From: an uncultured bacterium
Lineage (GTDB): Bacteria > Acidobacteriota > DATKUA01
NCBI GenBank assembly: GCA_965602675.1
Contig: CBFCZO010000005.1
Location: 2,524-66,523, forward strand
Direction of reading: 5' to 3'
DNA: 64,000 bases
The position numbers were made by a program, and so were the translations under genes. Below are positions 49,048-58,394 of the stretch, piece after piece (the stretch's first letter is position 1; each line of letters starts with the position of its first letter). The notes below the pieces were generated by a model. The model had not been told where the DNA came from. It saw only the letters and a program-made list of their open reading frames with translations, and ran no database searches.

Positions 49048-50316
49048 ATGAGTAAATATTTCATGCTGCTTGCGCTGGCAATGACATTGGCCTTGGCTCC
49101 TGCCGGCCTGCACGCGGATGACGAGAACTATGAGCTGAACTGGTTCATGCTCGTCAATTACGCTGGCAGGACAGGCGACCTGAGCCCCAGCTTCGGCGAC
49201 GGCAGCGACTACGTGCTCGGCGAGGAACGCCTTCGCATGGATCTCTCCGCGTGGGCCGACTCGATCGAAGCGGAGGCCAAGCTGAGACTCGACTTCTATC
49301 ATGACGCTTTGACCGGTGAATTCGACATTGACCTGCGCGAAGCTTACATCGACTACACCGCAAACGCGTTCGACTTTCGCGTCGGCCGCCAGGTCATCAC
49401 CTGGGGCGTCGGCGACCTGATCTTCATCAACGACGTCTGGCCGAAGGACTGGGTTTCCTTCTTCACCGGGCGGCCGCTGGGCTACCTCAAGCTCGGAGTC
49501 GACGGCGCCCGCATCCGCTACAGCGGTGACGCGCTCAGTGCCGAATTCGTCTACGTGCCCGTGTTCGAATCCGATAACCTGCCGGGGGCCGACCGCTTCT
49601 CCTACTTCGATCCTTTCGTGAGCGTTCCCAACCGCGTCGAGCAGAAGCCGGAGCGAACCTTCGAGAATTCCGAGTTGGCCGCACGCATCTACGGCAACCT
49701 GGCGGATTTCGACGTCTCGGGTTACCTCTACAAGGGTTTCTGGCACTCGCCGGGCGTGACGCTCGACAATCCTTTCACGCCGACTACCGCAACGATGTTC
49801 TACCCCGAGCTGAACGTCTACGGTGCCAGCGCGCAGGGCGCGGCCGTGGGCGGCATCCTCTCGCTTGAGGCCGGCTATTACGATAGTCCGGAAGATAGTG
49901 AAGGCCTCGATCCAACGATCCCCAACTCGCAGTTCCGCTGGCTCGTGGGCTACTCCCGCCAGCTGATGGAAGACTTCACTCTGGGGATTCAGTACTACCA
50001 GGAGCGGATCGTCGATCATGGCGCCTACCTCTCCACGCTGCCTCCGGGATTCCCTGCAGCCAAGGACTACCGCGATGTGGTGACCGTCAGCCTCGACCGC
50101 TGGCTAAGCCGTCAGACCTGGCGAATCTTCGTCTTCGCCTACTTCAGCCCAAACGACAAGGACTACTACCTGCTGCCCTCAATCACGCACAAGTTCTCCG
50201 ACAAGCTGGCCCTGACAGCCGGAGCTAATATTTTTGGGGGAGAGGAAGATTACACATTCTTCGGACAGTTCGACGAGAACGATAACGTGTACCTTTCGCT
50301 GCGTTTTGATTTTTAA
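49048..50316 (+). CDS. Outer-membrane beta-barrel protein (DUF1302-like)
   Basis: Signal peptide, LREAYIDY...FRVGRQVITWG.GD and C-terminal NVYLSLRFDF. Confidence 0.75.
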   Translation: MSKYFMLLALAMTLALAPAGLHADDENYELNWFMLVNYAGRTGDLSPSFGDGSDYVLGEERLRMDLSAWADSIEAEAKLRLDFYHDALTGEFDIDLREAYIDYTANAFDFRVGRQVITWGVGDLIFINDVWPKDWVSFFTGRPLGYLKLGVDGARIRYSGDALSAEFVYVPVFESDNLPGADRFSYFDPFVSVPNRVEQKPERTFENSELAARIYGNLADFDVSGYLYKGFWHSPGVTLDNPFTPTTATMFYPELNVYGASAQGAAVGGILSLEAGYYDSPEDSEGLDPTIPNSQFRWLVGYSRQLMEDFTLGIQYYQERIVDHGAYLSTLPPGFPAAKDYRDVVTVSLDRWLSRQTWRIFVFAYFSPNDKDYYLLPSITHKFSDKLALTAGANIFGGEEDYTFFGQFDENDNVYLSLRFDF

Positions 50317-50354
50317 CGGGTATCAGGCTCCGCCGGCGCAGCGTTTTCGATTAT

Positions 50355-50391
50355 TAAAGCCGGGAAGAGGAAACAAGCTCTCCCGGCTTTA
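50355..50391. terminator. Bidirectional terminator
   Basis: TAAAGCCGGGA...TCCCGGCTTTA between convergent genes. Confidence 0.7.
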
Positions 50392-50418
50392 TTCGTGTAC
50401 AAGCATGGCGCAGCAGTG

Positions 50419-50583
50419 TCAGCCAACTCGCTCGAGGACTTTGGTGACCAGCTTCTCCACCCACTCCTGGATCGTCGTGTCCATTTCTGCGACCCTGATC
50501 CTGAGGCGCTTGTGAACATCCTCAGGCAGGCGGATATGGATCATGCGTTTTTTCTCTTTTTTATCTTGTTCGTCCTCGGCCAT
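50419..50583 (-). CDS. 54-aa ribbon-helix-helix protein (CopG/ParG/HicB-like), absent from the ORF track
   Basis: Manual translation MAEDEQDKKEKKRMIHIRLPEDVHKRLRIRVAEMDTTIQEWVEKLVTKVLERVG; RBS GGGGGA. Confidence 0.82.
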   Translation of the reverse strand: MAEDEQDKKEKKRMIHIRLPEDVHKRLRIRVAEMDTTIQEWVEKLVTKVLERVG

Positions 50584-50669
50584 GAATCCCCCCGGCTTGA
50601 TAAAAAGGATAAGTATAACTGAGATATATTAATAATCGGGTTCGGGGGAGAAAGCAAGCGAAAAGGTCC

Positions 50670-52082
50670 TCATTTATGCCCGGATGCCTCAATCAGTTCG
50701 AATATCAGCTTGGCAATCTCGGTATTGTCGACGTAGCGTCCGCGCACCGGGTCCGTCTCGTCGGCATATTGCTCAAGAAGCGCGGCGGCTCGACCTTTCG
50801 CATAGAGCGGCACGAGGCTGTTGGTGTGGCCTTTGGAGTTCCATTGCAATCCGGGGAGTTTTCCCTTCCCGTTGTTTAGCAAAGGTGTCCACTCCGGATT
50901 CGAATCCGGGCCGAGCAGGTAGCCCGTCTCGTGATCGGCGGTCACGATCAGGAGAGTCTCATCCCAATTGCTATTCTGGTCGACCCACTCGATAACTGCT
51001 TCAACCGCCTTGTCGAAGTCGATCTGCTCTTCTATGAAGCGCGCGGAGCGGTTCGCGTGTGCCGCCCAATCGATGGCACCGCCCTCAATCATCACCACGA
51101 AGCCATGGTCGCCGCCGCTTGGGGACCGCGACAGCACGCTCAGGGCCGCCAGGCTCATTTCGGCCAAAGTGGGGACACCCTTGTTATAAGGTGTCTCGAA
51201 AGGTGTGGTGTCGATCACCGTTACGTTGGATCGATCCGAGGGGAGGTCAACTCCGCGGCGACGCAACTGGAGTGTCGTGTGGACCTGCGGAATGCCGATC
51301 ACTCGCTTTGGGGTTTCGCCGCTTGTCAGGGCCAGGAACTCCTCCCGAGTTTGAACCAGTGTCCAGGGGTCGCTCTCCAGGTCGCCGTCGGCGTCGCTGC
51401 CGATCATCCCAGCCAAAAGTCTTTCCCAGACCTGCTTGCCGCCGACCATCTCATAATGCATCGGCTCGTTAAGGAGACCTCCGTCGTCGTCGTAGAGCGG
51501 ATGACCTGTTCCCATGATCACTTCCAGCCGGCTTTGCTTGATCATTTCGCGGGCGATGTCTTCGTAGCTGTAGCGGGAGATGTTGTGCGCAACATAGCAG
51601 GCCGGAGTGGCGTGAGCGAACGGCACAGAGCTGACAACGCCGGTAGCCTTGCTGTACTTCTCGGCCCGCTCCATCAGGTTTTCTATGACGCCTCCGTAAT
51701 ACTGCCTTCCCACTGTTTTATAGGAGGTCTTGACTCCGGTGGAGAGCGCTGTCGCGGAGGCGGCGGAGTCGGTCGGGAATGATCTGACGAAGTTAAAGTC
51801 GGTCCAGGCTTTGTCTGGATCGTATTTTGTGCCGTCATAGGAATGGGTCGACATGCCGAATTGCACGGGGAAACTACAATACACCTGCCCTCCCGTTTCG
51901 CCGAAGCGGTACAGGCTGGCTGCCTCGACGTGGTTGTAGCCCATCCCGTCGCCGATCATGATGATGATGTTTCTGACTGGAGAAGGTGGTTCCGCTGCTT
52001 GTTGGCTGCCGATGTAGAGAACCGTCAGTGTCGCAAACGCGATTGAGAGCAGCAACACCGCTTTAGCAGTGCCCATCCGCAT
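50670..52082 (-). CDS. Alkaline phosphatase (PhoA family), copy 1
   Basis: IGDGMG, TDSAASAT, HATPA, EGGAIDWAAH, TADHETG and HT; RBS AGGAGG. Confidence 0.93.
   Translation of the reverse strand: MRMGTAKAVLLLSIAFATLTVLYIGSQQAAEPPSPVRNIIIMIGDGMGYNHVEAASLYRFGETGGQVYCSFPVQFGMSTHSYDGTKYDPDKAWTDFNFVRSFPTDSAASATALSTGVKTSYKTVGRQYYGGVIENLMERAEKYSKATGVVSSVPFAHATPACYVAHNISRYSYEDIAREMIKQSRLEVIMGTGHPLYDDDGGLLNEPMHYEMVGGKQVWERLLAGMIGSDADGDLESDPWTLVQTREEFLALTSGETPKRVIGIPQVHTTLQLRRRGVDLPSDRSNVTVIDTTPFETPYNKGVPTLAEMSLAALSVLSRSPSGGDHGFVVMIEGGAIDWAAHANRSARFIEEQIDFDKAVEAVIEWVDQNSNWDETLLIVTADHETGYLLGPDSNPEWTPLLNNGKGKLPGLQWNSKGHTNSLVPLYAKGRAAALLEQYADETDPVRGRYVDNTEIAKLIFELIEASGHK
50740..50830. repeat. 91-nt segment shared with 52284-52374 (3' ends of the two phosphatase genes)
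   Basis: Hand alignment 81/91 identical, ungapped. Confidence 0.7.
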
Positions 52083-52110
52083 GTCAAACCTCCTGTGAAG
52101 CATCTAACTA

Positions 52111-52139
52111 AATATGTAATATATTTTACACATTGTCAA
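52111..52139 (-). promoter_or_regulatory. Putative promoter with a palindromic operator in the spacer, upstream of phosphatase copy 1
   Basis: Minus strand TTGACA-17 nt-CATATT, and palindrome TGTAA-N6-TTACA at 52115-52130. Confidence 0.6.
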
Positions 52140-52216
52140 TGAGAGTTTTTGCCCGCTATTAATCGATAGGGTTTGGGTTTGCGGGCAATCCGGTTGGCAA
52201 GGATTGCAGATGATGG

Positions 52217-53596
52217 TCAGGGCCGCTTAGTTTCCAATAATTCGAAAATCGCTGAGGCTATTTCAGTGTTGTCGAGGTATCTGCCGCGCACCGGGTCCGT
52301 CTCGCCGGCATATTTCTCAAGAAGCGCGGCTCCCTTGCCTTTCGCGTAGAGCGGCACGAGGCTGTTTGTGTGGCTCGTCGAATGCCATTCCATGCCGGGT
52401 AGCTTGTCTTTTCCATGGTCTACCAGCGGCTTCCATTCCGGGTCGGAATCTGGGCCTAGCAGGTAACCGGCCTCGTGATCAGCGGTTACGATTAGTATAG
52501 TCTCGTCCCAACTGCTATTTTGTTCGACCCACTCGATAACTGTTTCCACCGCCTTGTCGAAGTCGATCTGTTCCTCAATCAGCCTGCCGCTCTCGTTGTG
52601 CTCGGCAGCCCAGTCGATTGCCCCCCCCTCGACCATTAGAAAGAAACCGTCGGGATCTTCATCGAGCACATTGAGCGCAGCGGCGCTCATCTCTGCAAGA
52701 GTCGGGACGCCGTCGTTGAAACGCACCTTGTTGGGTTCGTCATCAGCCGCGTTGCCATCGGGAGTGTGGCGCCTTTGCTGGAGGGTTCTGTGTACCCGGG
52801 CAAGGGCCAGCACCCTCTTTGGAGTATCGCCTTCGCGCAAGGCAATGATGTCCTCGCGTGTCTCGACGAGTTTCCACGGGTCCGGCTCCCCGTCGCCGTC
52901 GCAATCTCCCCCTGCACTGCAGCCCTTGATTGCTTGCCACAAATCAACTCCGCCGGCGTATCGATACTCTCGCGGATCCGGTGCTGTTGCACCATCGTCG
53001 TCATATTCCGGATGCCCCGCGCCCATCAGGACGTCGAGCGTGCTGACGTTGAGCATCTCTGCTGCTATCCCTTCGAAATCGTATCGGTTTTCGTTGTGGG
53101 CGCTGAAACCGGCCGGAGTTGCGTGGGAGATAGGTACAGTGGTAACGATGCCTGTCGCTTTACCTGCGGACTCCGCGTAGGACACGACGTTATTCAGAGG
53201 CCGTTTGTCAGGATCGAGACCAATGAATCTGTTGGTGGTTTTCACACCTGTGGCCATTGCCGTGGCTGCTGCAGCGGAATCGGTGTAACCACTTTTTACG
53301 TAATCGAAATCGCTCCAGGCCTTGTCGGGATCGTATCCCGCACCGTTGGCTGAGTAAGTCGACATGGAGAGGCTGATCGGGAAGCTTGCATAGGCCTGTC
53401 CGCCGGTCTTACCGAATCTGTAAAGGCTGGCGGCCTCGACGTGGTTGTAGCCCATGCCGTCACCGATCATAAGAATGATGTTCTTGACGGAGAGTGCGGA
53501 TTCGACTTCTTGATCAACTCCGGCTTGGGGAATTGTTAATGACAAAACGGTGAAAGAGATCAGAATCGATCCCACTGCGGTTAACGCTTTTCTCAA
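52217..53596 (-). CDS. Alkaline phosphatase (PhoA family), copy 2
   Basis: IGDGMG, TDSAAAAT, HATPA, EGGAIDWAAEH and TADHEAG; TTG start. Confidence 0.92.
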   Translation of the reverse strand: MRKALTAVGSILISFTVLSLTIPQAGVDQEVESALSVKNIILMIGDGMGYNHVEAASLYRFGKTGGQAYASFPISLSMSTYSANGAGYDPDKAWSDFDYVKSGYTDSAAAATAMATGVKTTNRFIGLDPDKRPLNNVVSYAESAGKATGIVTTVPISHATPAGFSAHNENRYDFEGIAAEMLNVSTLDVLMGAGHPEYDDDGATAPDPREYRYAGGVDLWQAIKGCSAGGDCDGDGEPDPWKLVETREDIIALREGDTPKRVLALARVHRTLQQRRHTPDGNAADDEPNKVRFNDGVPTLAEMSAAALNVLDEDPDGFFLMVEGGAIDWAAEHNESGRLIEEQIDFDKAVETVIEWVEQNSSWDETILIVTADHEAGYLLGPDSDPEWKPLVDHGKDKLPGMEWHSTSHTNSLVPLYAKGKGAALLEKYAGETDPVRGRYLDNTEIASAIFELLETKRP

Positions 53597-53783
53597 CTTA
53601 TATATCCTTATGTTCGTTCAGTTTGCCGGAATTCTGATGAATTAGTTGGACTGTTATTAGACGGTTTTTATTGTATCACACATTTCCATAAAGCGAGATT
53701 ATTCGGTTGTTACTGATGGAATTGCAGGAAATTATGCCTGCTTCCCGAACCGGAGGATTAATGATCAGAGGGGAGATAGCCGC

Positions 53784-54578
53784 TTATGATCTTTTGATTT
53801 CGCGCGCTGTGATATGCGCGCCGACAACTTTGCCGCAGATTTTCTTCGCTTCGCAGACGACGCGGAATGGCCGGTTGTTGCCGTTGCCACCGACGAAGTG
53901 AACTACCGATGTCGCTCGCAGTCCCCAGAGAGCCTGCAATATCAAGCGTCGGAACTCCGTGCGGTCCTCAGGCGTCACCAGGCTGGCCGCCGGCACGCCA
54001 ACGAGGGTATTCTCATTCCTTCCAAACACTTCAGAGGCGGTCGTGTTGGCCTGGGCGATTGTCTGCCCTTCCGACTCGATCACTATTCCAACGTCGCTGG
54101 AGCTGGTGAAGTGGTGCGGTGCCTGCTTGCCTTCGCTGGCTTGCCCGAGCGGCGGCTTGGCAGCAATGTCTTTTTCGCCGTTGTGACGGCGCTCTTCGAT
54201 GGCGTGGTTGATCGAGCTCACTACAGTGCCGAAGTTGGAGAAGCCGATACTCTTGTTGAAATAGTCGACGGCGCCGCTGTTTAGCGCACGCGCTTCTATC
54301 TTTTCATCGCCGACTTCGCTGACAACGATGACCGGTATATCGATCTTACGATCCTTGAGCGAATGAATCAGGTCGATGCCGTTCATTCCTGGCCGCATGT
54401 CGTAATCGGATATGATGCAGTCGAATTCTCCATCGGCCAGAGCAGCGAGACATTCCTCGCCCGAGCGGACTATTTTGACGCTGAAGGACGAACTTTGGCG
54501 TTCGAGATTCTTCTTGGTGATGTAGAGATGGTCCTCGTTGTCGTCGACGATGAGTATCCGTTTTGTTTTTTTGGGCAT
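53784..54578 (-). CDS. Response regulator receiver plus PAS domain protein
   Basis: ILIVDD, DCIISDYDM.PGMNG and GAVDYFNK; PAS-like AN..A.EVFG....LVG...LV.PEDR. Confidence 0.85.
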   Translation of the reverse strand: MPKKTKRILIVDDNEDHLYITKKNLERQSSSFSVKIVRSGEECLAALADGEFDCIISDYDMRPGMNGIDLIHSLKDRKIDIPVIVVSEVGDEKIEARALNSGAVDYFNKSIGFSNFGTVVSSINHAIEERRHNGEKDIAAKPPLGQASEGKQAPHHFTSSSDVGIVIESEGQTIAQANTTASEVFGRNENTLVGVPAASLVTPEDRTEFRRLILQALWGLRATSVVHFVGGNGNNRPFRVVCEAKKICGKVVGAHITAREIKRS

Positions 54579-54675
54579 AACGGGGGCATATCCCTTCCAC
54601 AGTGGGGTATATTCTACCATATTCGGATGTTTATTGAAAGCTGAACCGGCTTCGCGGTCACACTCAGGGAGCGTT

Positions 54676-54987
54676 TCAACAGAAGATGTCGAGGTTTATT
54701 TTACCATTCTTATCGAAGACCACTCCTTCCGCTTCGAGGCGTGCGCGCTGGCGCTCCGCATTGCCCATGGAGCCACGCAGGCTTATCGTCCCCTTGGCGC
54801 TGACCACCCGGTGCCATGGCACATCGGTGCCCTCGGGCAGCATGTGCAGGGCCCAGCCGACCTGGCGGGCGGCGCCCGGAGCGCCGACCATTAGCGCCAC
54901 CTGCCCGTAGGTGCGCACACGGCCGGGGGGAATTGAGCGCACGGCTTCGTAAACCGTGTCGAAGAAGCTGGTTTCGCCGGAGCCCAC
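54676..54987 (-). CDS. Alkyltransferase-like protein (ATL/YbaZ, MGMT family)
   Basis: IPPGRVRTYGQVA, ARQVG and PWHRV (Trp replaces the catalytic Cys). Confidence 0.92.
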   Translation of the reverse strand: MGSGETSFFDTVYEAVRSIPPGRVRTYGQVALMVGAPGAARQVGWALHMLPEGTDVPWHRVVSAKGTISLRGSMGNAERQRARLEAEGVVFDKNGKINLDIFC

Positions 54988-54990
54988 GTC

Positions 54991-55917
54991 TCAGTCGTTG
55001 TCGGCCGTCGATCTGAAAACGGCTACCAGCGGCAGGTGATCGCTGACACCGTTCTCGTACTGGTCGGCGCCGAGCTCGACGTCCCAGTCGCGGATCGGCT
55101 CGATCCGCTCGAACTCACCGCCGCGCAGCGCGGGCGTAACAGAGATGTGGTCGATCAGCGAAAGGTTGCGGTTGCCCTCGTAGTTATACCAGATATTTGA
55201 GTATTCGCCCTCGGGAAGAGCTGTGGTGAGGAAGACGACGTGGCCCGCTTCGCGCAGCCGCTCGCTGGAAATGCCGGAATAGTAGGAGTTGAAATCGCCA
55301 GCAATTATGATGTCTTCTTCGGCGTCGGCGGCGCTCAGTTCAGCGCTGAGCCACTCGTTTATCGCGTCGTACTGGATGTTGCGGATTTCGACGCTGCGCT
55401 CCGCTTCCGGGATCGACTTGAGATGCACGACCATCAAGGTGAAGTCGAACTTGTTTATACGCATGCGGAACACCAGCGGCTGGCGCGACTCCCGGTCCAG
55501 TCCCGTTACGGCTACACCGCGAAGGGCATCATAAGCCTGCTCGTCGAATTCGATCTGGTCGACGCGATCCTTGCGCCACAGCAAAGCCAGCTTCTGCGGG
55601 ATGCGCTGGAGCGAAATGAAATAGTCGTAATCGCCCAGTTCCCCTACAAGCTGCTCGACCGTGCAGGGGCAGGTGATTTCCTCCAGCGCGAGGACGTCGA
55701 GGTCGAGCTCGCGGATGATACCGGCGATACGCTTGATATCCTCCTCGCCACGGTTGAGTGCGCCGAACCATTCGAGATTCCAGGTGGCGATGCGTGCGGT
55801 CTCGGCGTTTTCCACCGCCGAATTGGCGTTCTCGTCGACTGTGTTTTCGTTTGTGCAGGAGATCGACGCTGCCAAGGCGAGAGCAGCAGCGAGAATGAGG
55901 CCCGTCGTTTTTTTCAT
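54991..55917 (-). CDS. Endonuclease/exonuclease/phosphatase family lipoprotein
   Basis: Lipobox ASISC; ATWNLEW, DVLALEE, VHLK, AGDFN, IDHI and SDHLP. Confidence 0.9.
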   Translation of the reverse strand: MKKTTGLILAAALALAASISCTNENTVDENANSAVENAETARIATWNLEWFGALNRGEEDIKRIAGIIRELDLDVLALEEITCPCTVEQLVGELGDYDYFISLQRIPQKLALLWRKDRVDQIEFDEQAYDALRGVAVTGLDRESRQPLVFRMRINKFDFTLMVVHLKSIPEAERSVEIRNIQYDAINEWLSAELSAADAEEDIIIAGDFNSYYSGISSERLREAGHVVFLTTALPEGEYSNIWYNYEGNRNLSLIDHISVTPALRGGEFERIEPIRDWDVELGADQYENGVSDHLPLVAVFRSTADND

Positions 55918-55919
55918 GA

Positions 55920-56783
55920 CTATTCTCCGTCGTCGGTCGTAGAAGTAATTTTTTCCTTGATCCCTTCCGGTAATTCTTCGGGTGGTTCTTCGCCGAGAAT
56001 CAGCCGAAGCTGCAGGGCGTTGACGACGCCCTGTGCCTGCCAATGGTTGTTGAAGAAAACATAGGTGTCGCGTTCCCCGGCCGGTATTCCCGAATCATCC
56101 AACTCCTCACCGGCCAGTTTTCTCACGGCCCCGGCAAGCTTGCTGAGCTGATCGGGCGAATACAGGTAGTCGTAGCGCTGCCAGGCGTGCTCGTGCTCGT
56201 ACCACTTCTCGGCGTTGCGCCCGTGCAGGCGGACGTAGCCGAACGGGCCGATCCGCTCCCAGCCGCCGCGGAAGAGATCGCCGACGTCGGGAGCATCGGT
56301 CGTCACCAGGGCCAGTTTTCGCTCGTCGAGAAAATCGAAAGCCTGGCGGTTCTTCCATCTGCCGTGGCGGAACTCGACGGCGATTGGATAGCTCTCGAAT
56401 TTGCGCGCCAGGCCGTCGAGATAATCGAGGCTCTCGCTCGTGGCGTGGAAGGAGTAGGGAAACTGAATCAGCAGCGAGAGCAAGGCGTTGTTTTCCGCCA
56501 AAGCATCGAGCGCGGTGCGGAAGGCGTCGATCTCCTGCTGACCGTACTTGCGCTCGTGCGTGAAGCTTTTATGTGCCTTGAGGGCGAACTTCATCCCCGG
56601 CGCCTTCTCGAGGAAGCCGTCGATTCCTTGCTTGCCGGGCAGCGTGTAATAAGAATAGTTAAGCTCGACAATGGGGAAGAGCTTCGAGAAGTAGGGGAGC
56701 ATCTCCCATTTCTGCGTGCCCTCGTGATAGAATGGCCCGACCCAGTCCTCGTAACTGAAGCCGGATGTCGACACCAGGATCAT
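55920..56783 (-). CDS. DUF72 domain protein
   Basis: TSGFSY.DW.G.FY, VELN.SYY, QFP.SF, VEFRH, YVRLHGRN, YDYLYS and FFNNH. Confidence 0.93.
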   Translation of the reverse strand: MILVSTSGFSYEDWVGPFYHEGTQKWEMLPYFSKLFPIVELNYSYYTLPGKQGIDGFLEKAPGMKFALKAHKSFTHERKYGQQEIDAFRTALDALAENNALLSLLIQFPYSFHATSESLDYLDGLARKFESYPIAVEFRHGRWKNRQAFDFLDERKLALVTTDAPDVGDLFRGGWERIGPFGYVRLHGRNAEKWYEHEHAWQRYDYLYSPDQLSKLAGAVRKLAGEELDDSGIPAGERDTYVFFNNHWQAQGVVNALQLRLILGEEPPEELPEGIKEKITSTTDDGE

Positions 56784-56929
56784 GCCGCGATGCTAGCACC
56801 GGGTGTGCTGCTCCGCAATTGAGCCGGGTTTTTCCGCACGAAGGCTTGTGTCGGCATCGGCGGCGACTGCGTTTGCGCTTACAGCAGCGTGGTTCGAAGT
56901 GTCTGATAATGTCTCAAGGGGAGGGGATT

Positions 56930-58312
56930 ATGCATGTAATTCTTTCAATCCTTCTCATGTTTGGACCGGCCGCGGTCCAGGATACCGCCGAGCATGTCAA
57001 GGATCCGTTATTAGTCATTGCTGAACTGGACCGGCTGGCCGGCATGGAGCTATGGCCCGGGTTCGATCCGGCTTCCTACCCCATAGCATTGTTCGATGGA
57101 GCCGACACTTGGCTTTTCCGACACCCGTCACCACCTGAGGGATTCAAATCCGCTCCCGACTCGCAGGCTGTATGGGTCTATGAAGGACGGCATCCGGCGA
57201 TGCGCTGGAACTCCAAGGCTGAGATCGGCGGCGTCACGACTGCCACCGTACTTCTGAACATTCAGCCCGACCGCCCCGCCATCGAGGAGGCATCGATCAT
57301 CGTCCACGAGACGTTTCACATCTTCCAGGACGAGCACCATCCCGGATGGACGGCGAACGAGGCCCACCGTTTCACGTATCCGATCGACGATGCGCAGAAT
57401 TATCTGCTGACAATCATCGAGGATCACGCTCTGGCCCGCGCTCTTGAGGCCAAGAGCGATAAAGAGGCTGCTGCCTGGGCAGCCCGTGCACTTGCGGTCA
57501 GGATAGAACGGACTGCCGTCCTGGCTGATGAACACAGGGCCTTCGAGACCGGCCTGGAAATGATGGAAGGGACGGCGCGTTACCTTGCACAGTTCACTCT
57601 GGGCAAATCCGAATCGACCGCGACATTGCTGGATATCCTGACTCCCGACCAGTTTCGCTGGCGGCCTTACGCCACCGGCTGCGCGCTGGCCGCGCTGCTC
57701 GATCGATTCGACGGCGGCTGGAAGCAACGTATTGAGGATATTGCAGAGCTTACGCTTGAACGCGCTCTTGAGGATGCTCTTCGCAAGCGTGACGTTTCTC
57801 CGGCCGATTTCACGGCTGATGAACTCGCCGGTTTTAAGCTCAGAGCGGAGAAGGCAATTGCCGACTTGCTGGTGCACCGTAAGAGCCTGCGTGAGGAATT
57901 TCAATCACGGGAGGGTTGGCGAGTAATCCTGAAACTCGCCCCGGGAGTTGAGCTACTGGCGACGGAACGCTTCGACCCGATCACCAACGCCCTGCTCGGC
58001 GGCGGGCAGATGCTGCACGGAAACATCCTGATCCTCAGAAATGAAAACGGCAGGGTGGAGATGCGTAATCCCCACAGTAGACGCGGAGAATTTATCGGCC
58101 TGAACGCACTGACAACAGCCGAGGGCGAGCACCCCGTCTTCGGCGGCGTCAGCAGCGTTGTTTACGCCGGATTCGAGGGCGAACCGGAGATCGACGGAGG
58201 CGGTGGGAGGATAAAGGTCTCAGCCGGGGGCTTTGTCATGGAATTCAGCGAAGCGAGTCTGGAACGTGGCGGTAATCGCATCACGGTGACGCTTTCTAAG
58301 CCTCAGCGCTGA
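56930..58312 (+). CDS. Secreted protein with HEXXH zinc-metallopeptidase-like motif
   Basis: Short signal peptide after a GGAGGGG RBS; IIVHETFH and downstream EMMEGTARY. Confidence 0.65.
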   Translation: MHVILSILLMFGPAAVQDTAEHVKDPLLVIAELDRLAGMELWPGFDPASYPIALFDGADTWLFRHPSPPEGFKSAPDSQAVWVYEGRHPAMRWNSKAEIGGVTTATVLLNIQPDRPAIEEASIIVHETFHIFQDEHHPGWTANEAHRFTYPIDDAQNYLLTIIEDHALARALEAKSDKEAAAWAARALAVRIERTAVLADEHRAFETGLEMMEGTARYLAQFTLGKSESTATLLDILTPDQFRWRPYATGCALAALLDRFDGGWKQRIEDIAELTLERALEDALRKRDVSPADFTADELAGFKLRAEKAIADLLVHRKSLREEFQSREGWRVILKLAPGVELLATERFDPITNALLGGGQMLHGNILILRNENGRVEMRNPHSRRGEFIGLNALTTAEGEHPVFGGVSSVVYAGFEGEPEIDGGGGRIKVSAGGFVMEFSEASLERGGNRITVTLSKPQR

Positions 58313-58343
58313 GGCATCCGGTTTCCCTACTCGGTTGAAATAG

Positions 58344-58370
58344 AAAAGGGCGGACAGAAATGTCCGCCCT
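58344..58370 (-). terminator. Intrinsic terminator after the M14 gene
   Basis: AGGGCGGACA-N4-TGTCCGCCCT with a T-tract on the minus strand. Confidence 0.75.
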
Positions 58371-58394
58371 CCAGTCGATCGAGATAACGGGTAG

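Noticed and set aside
50313-50519. 68-aa ORF from the track
   Set aside because: It is an alternative frame overlapping the better-supported RHH gene at 50419-50583 and runs through a terminator.
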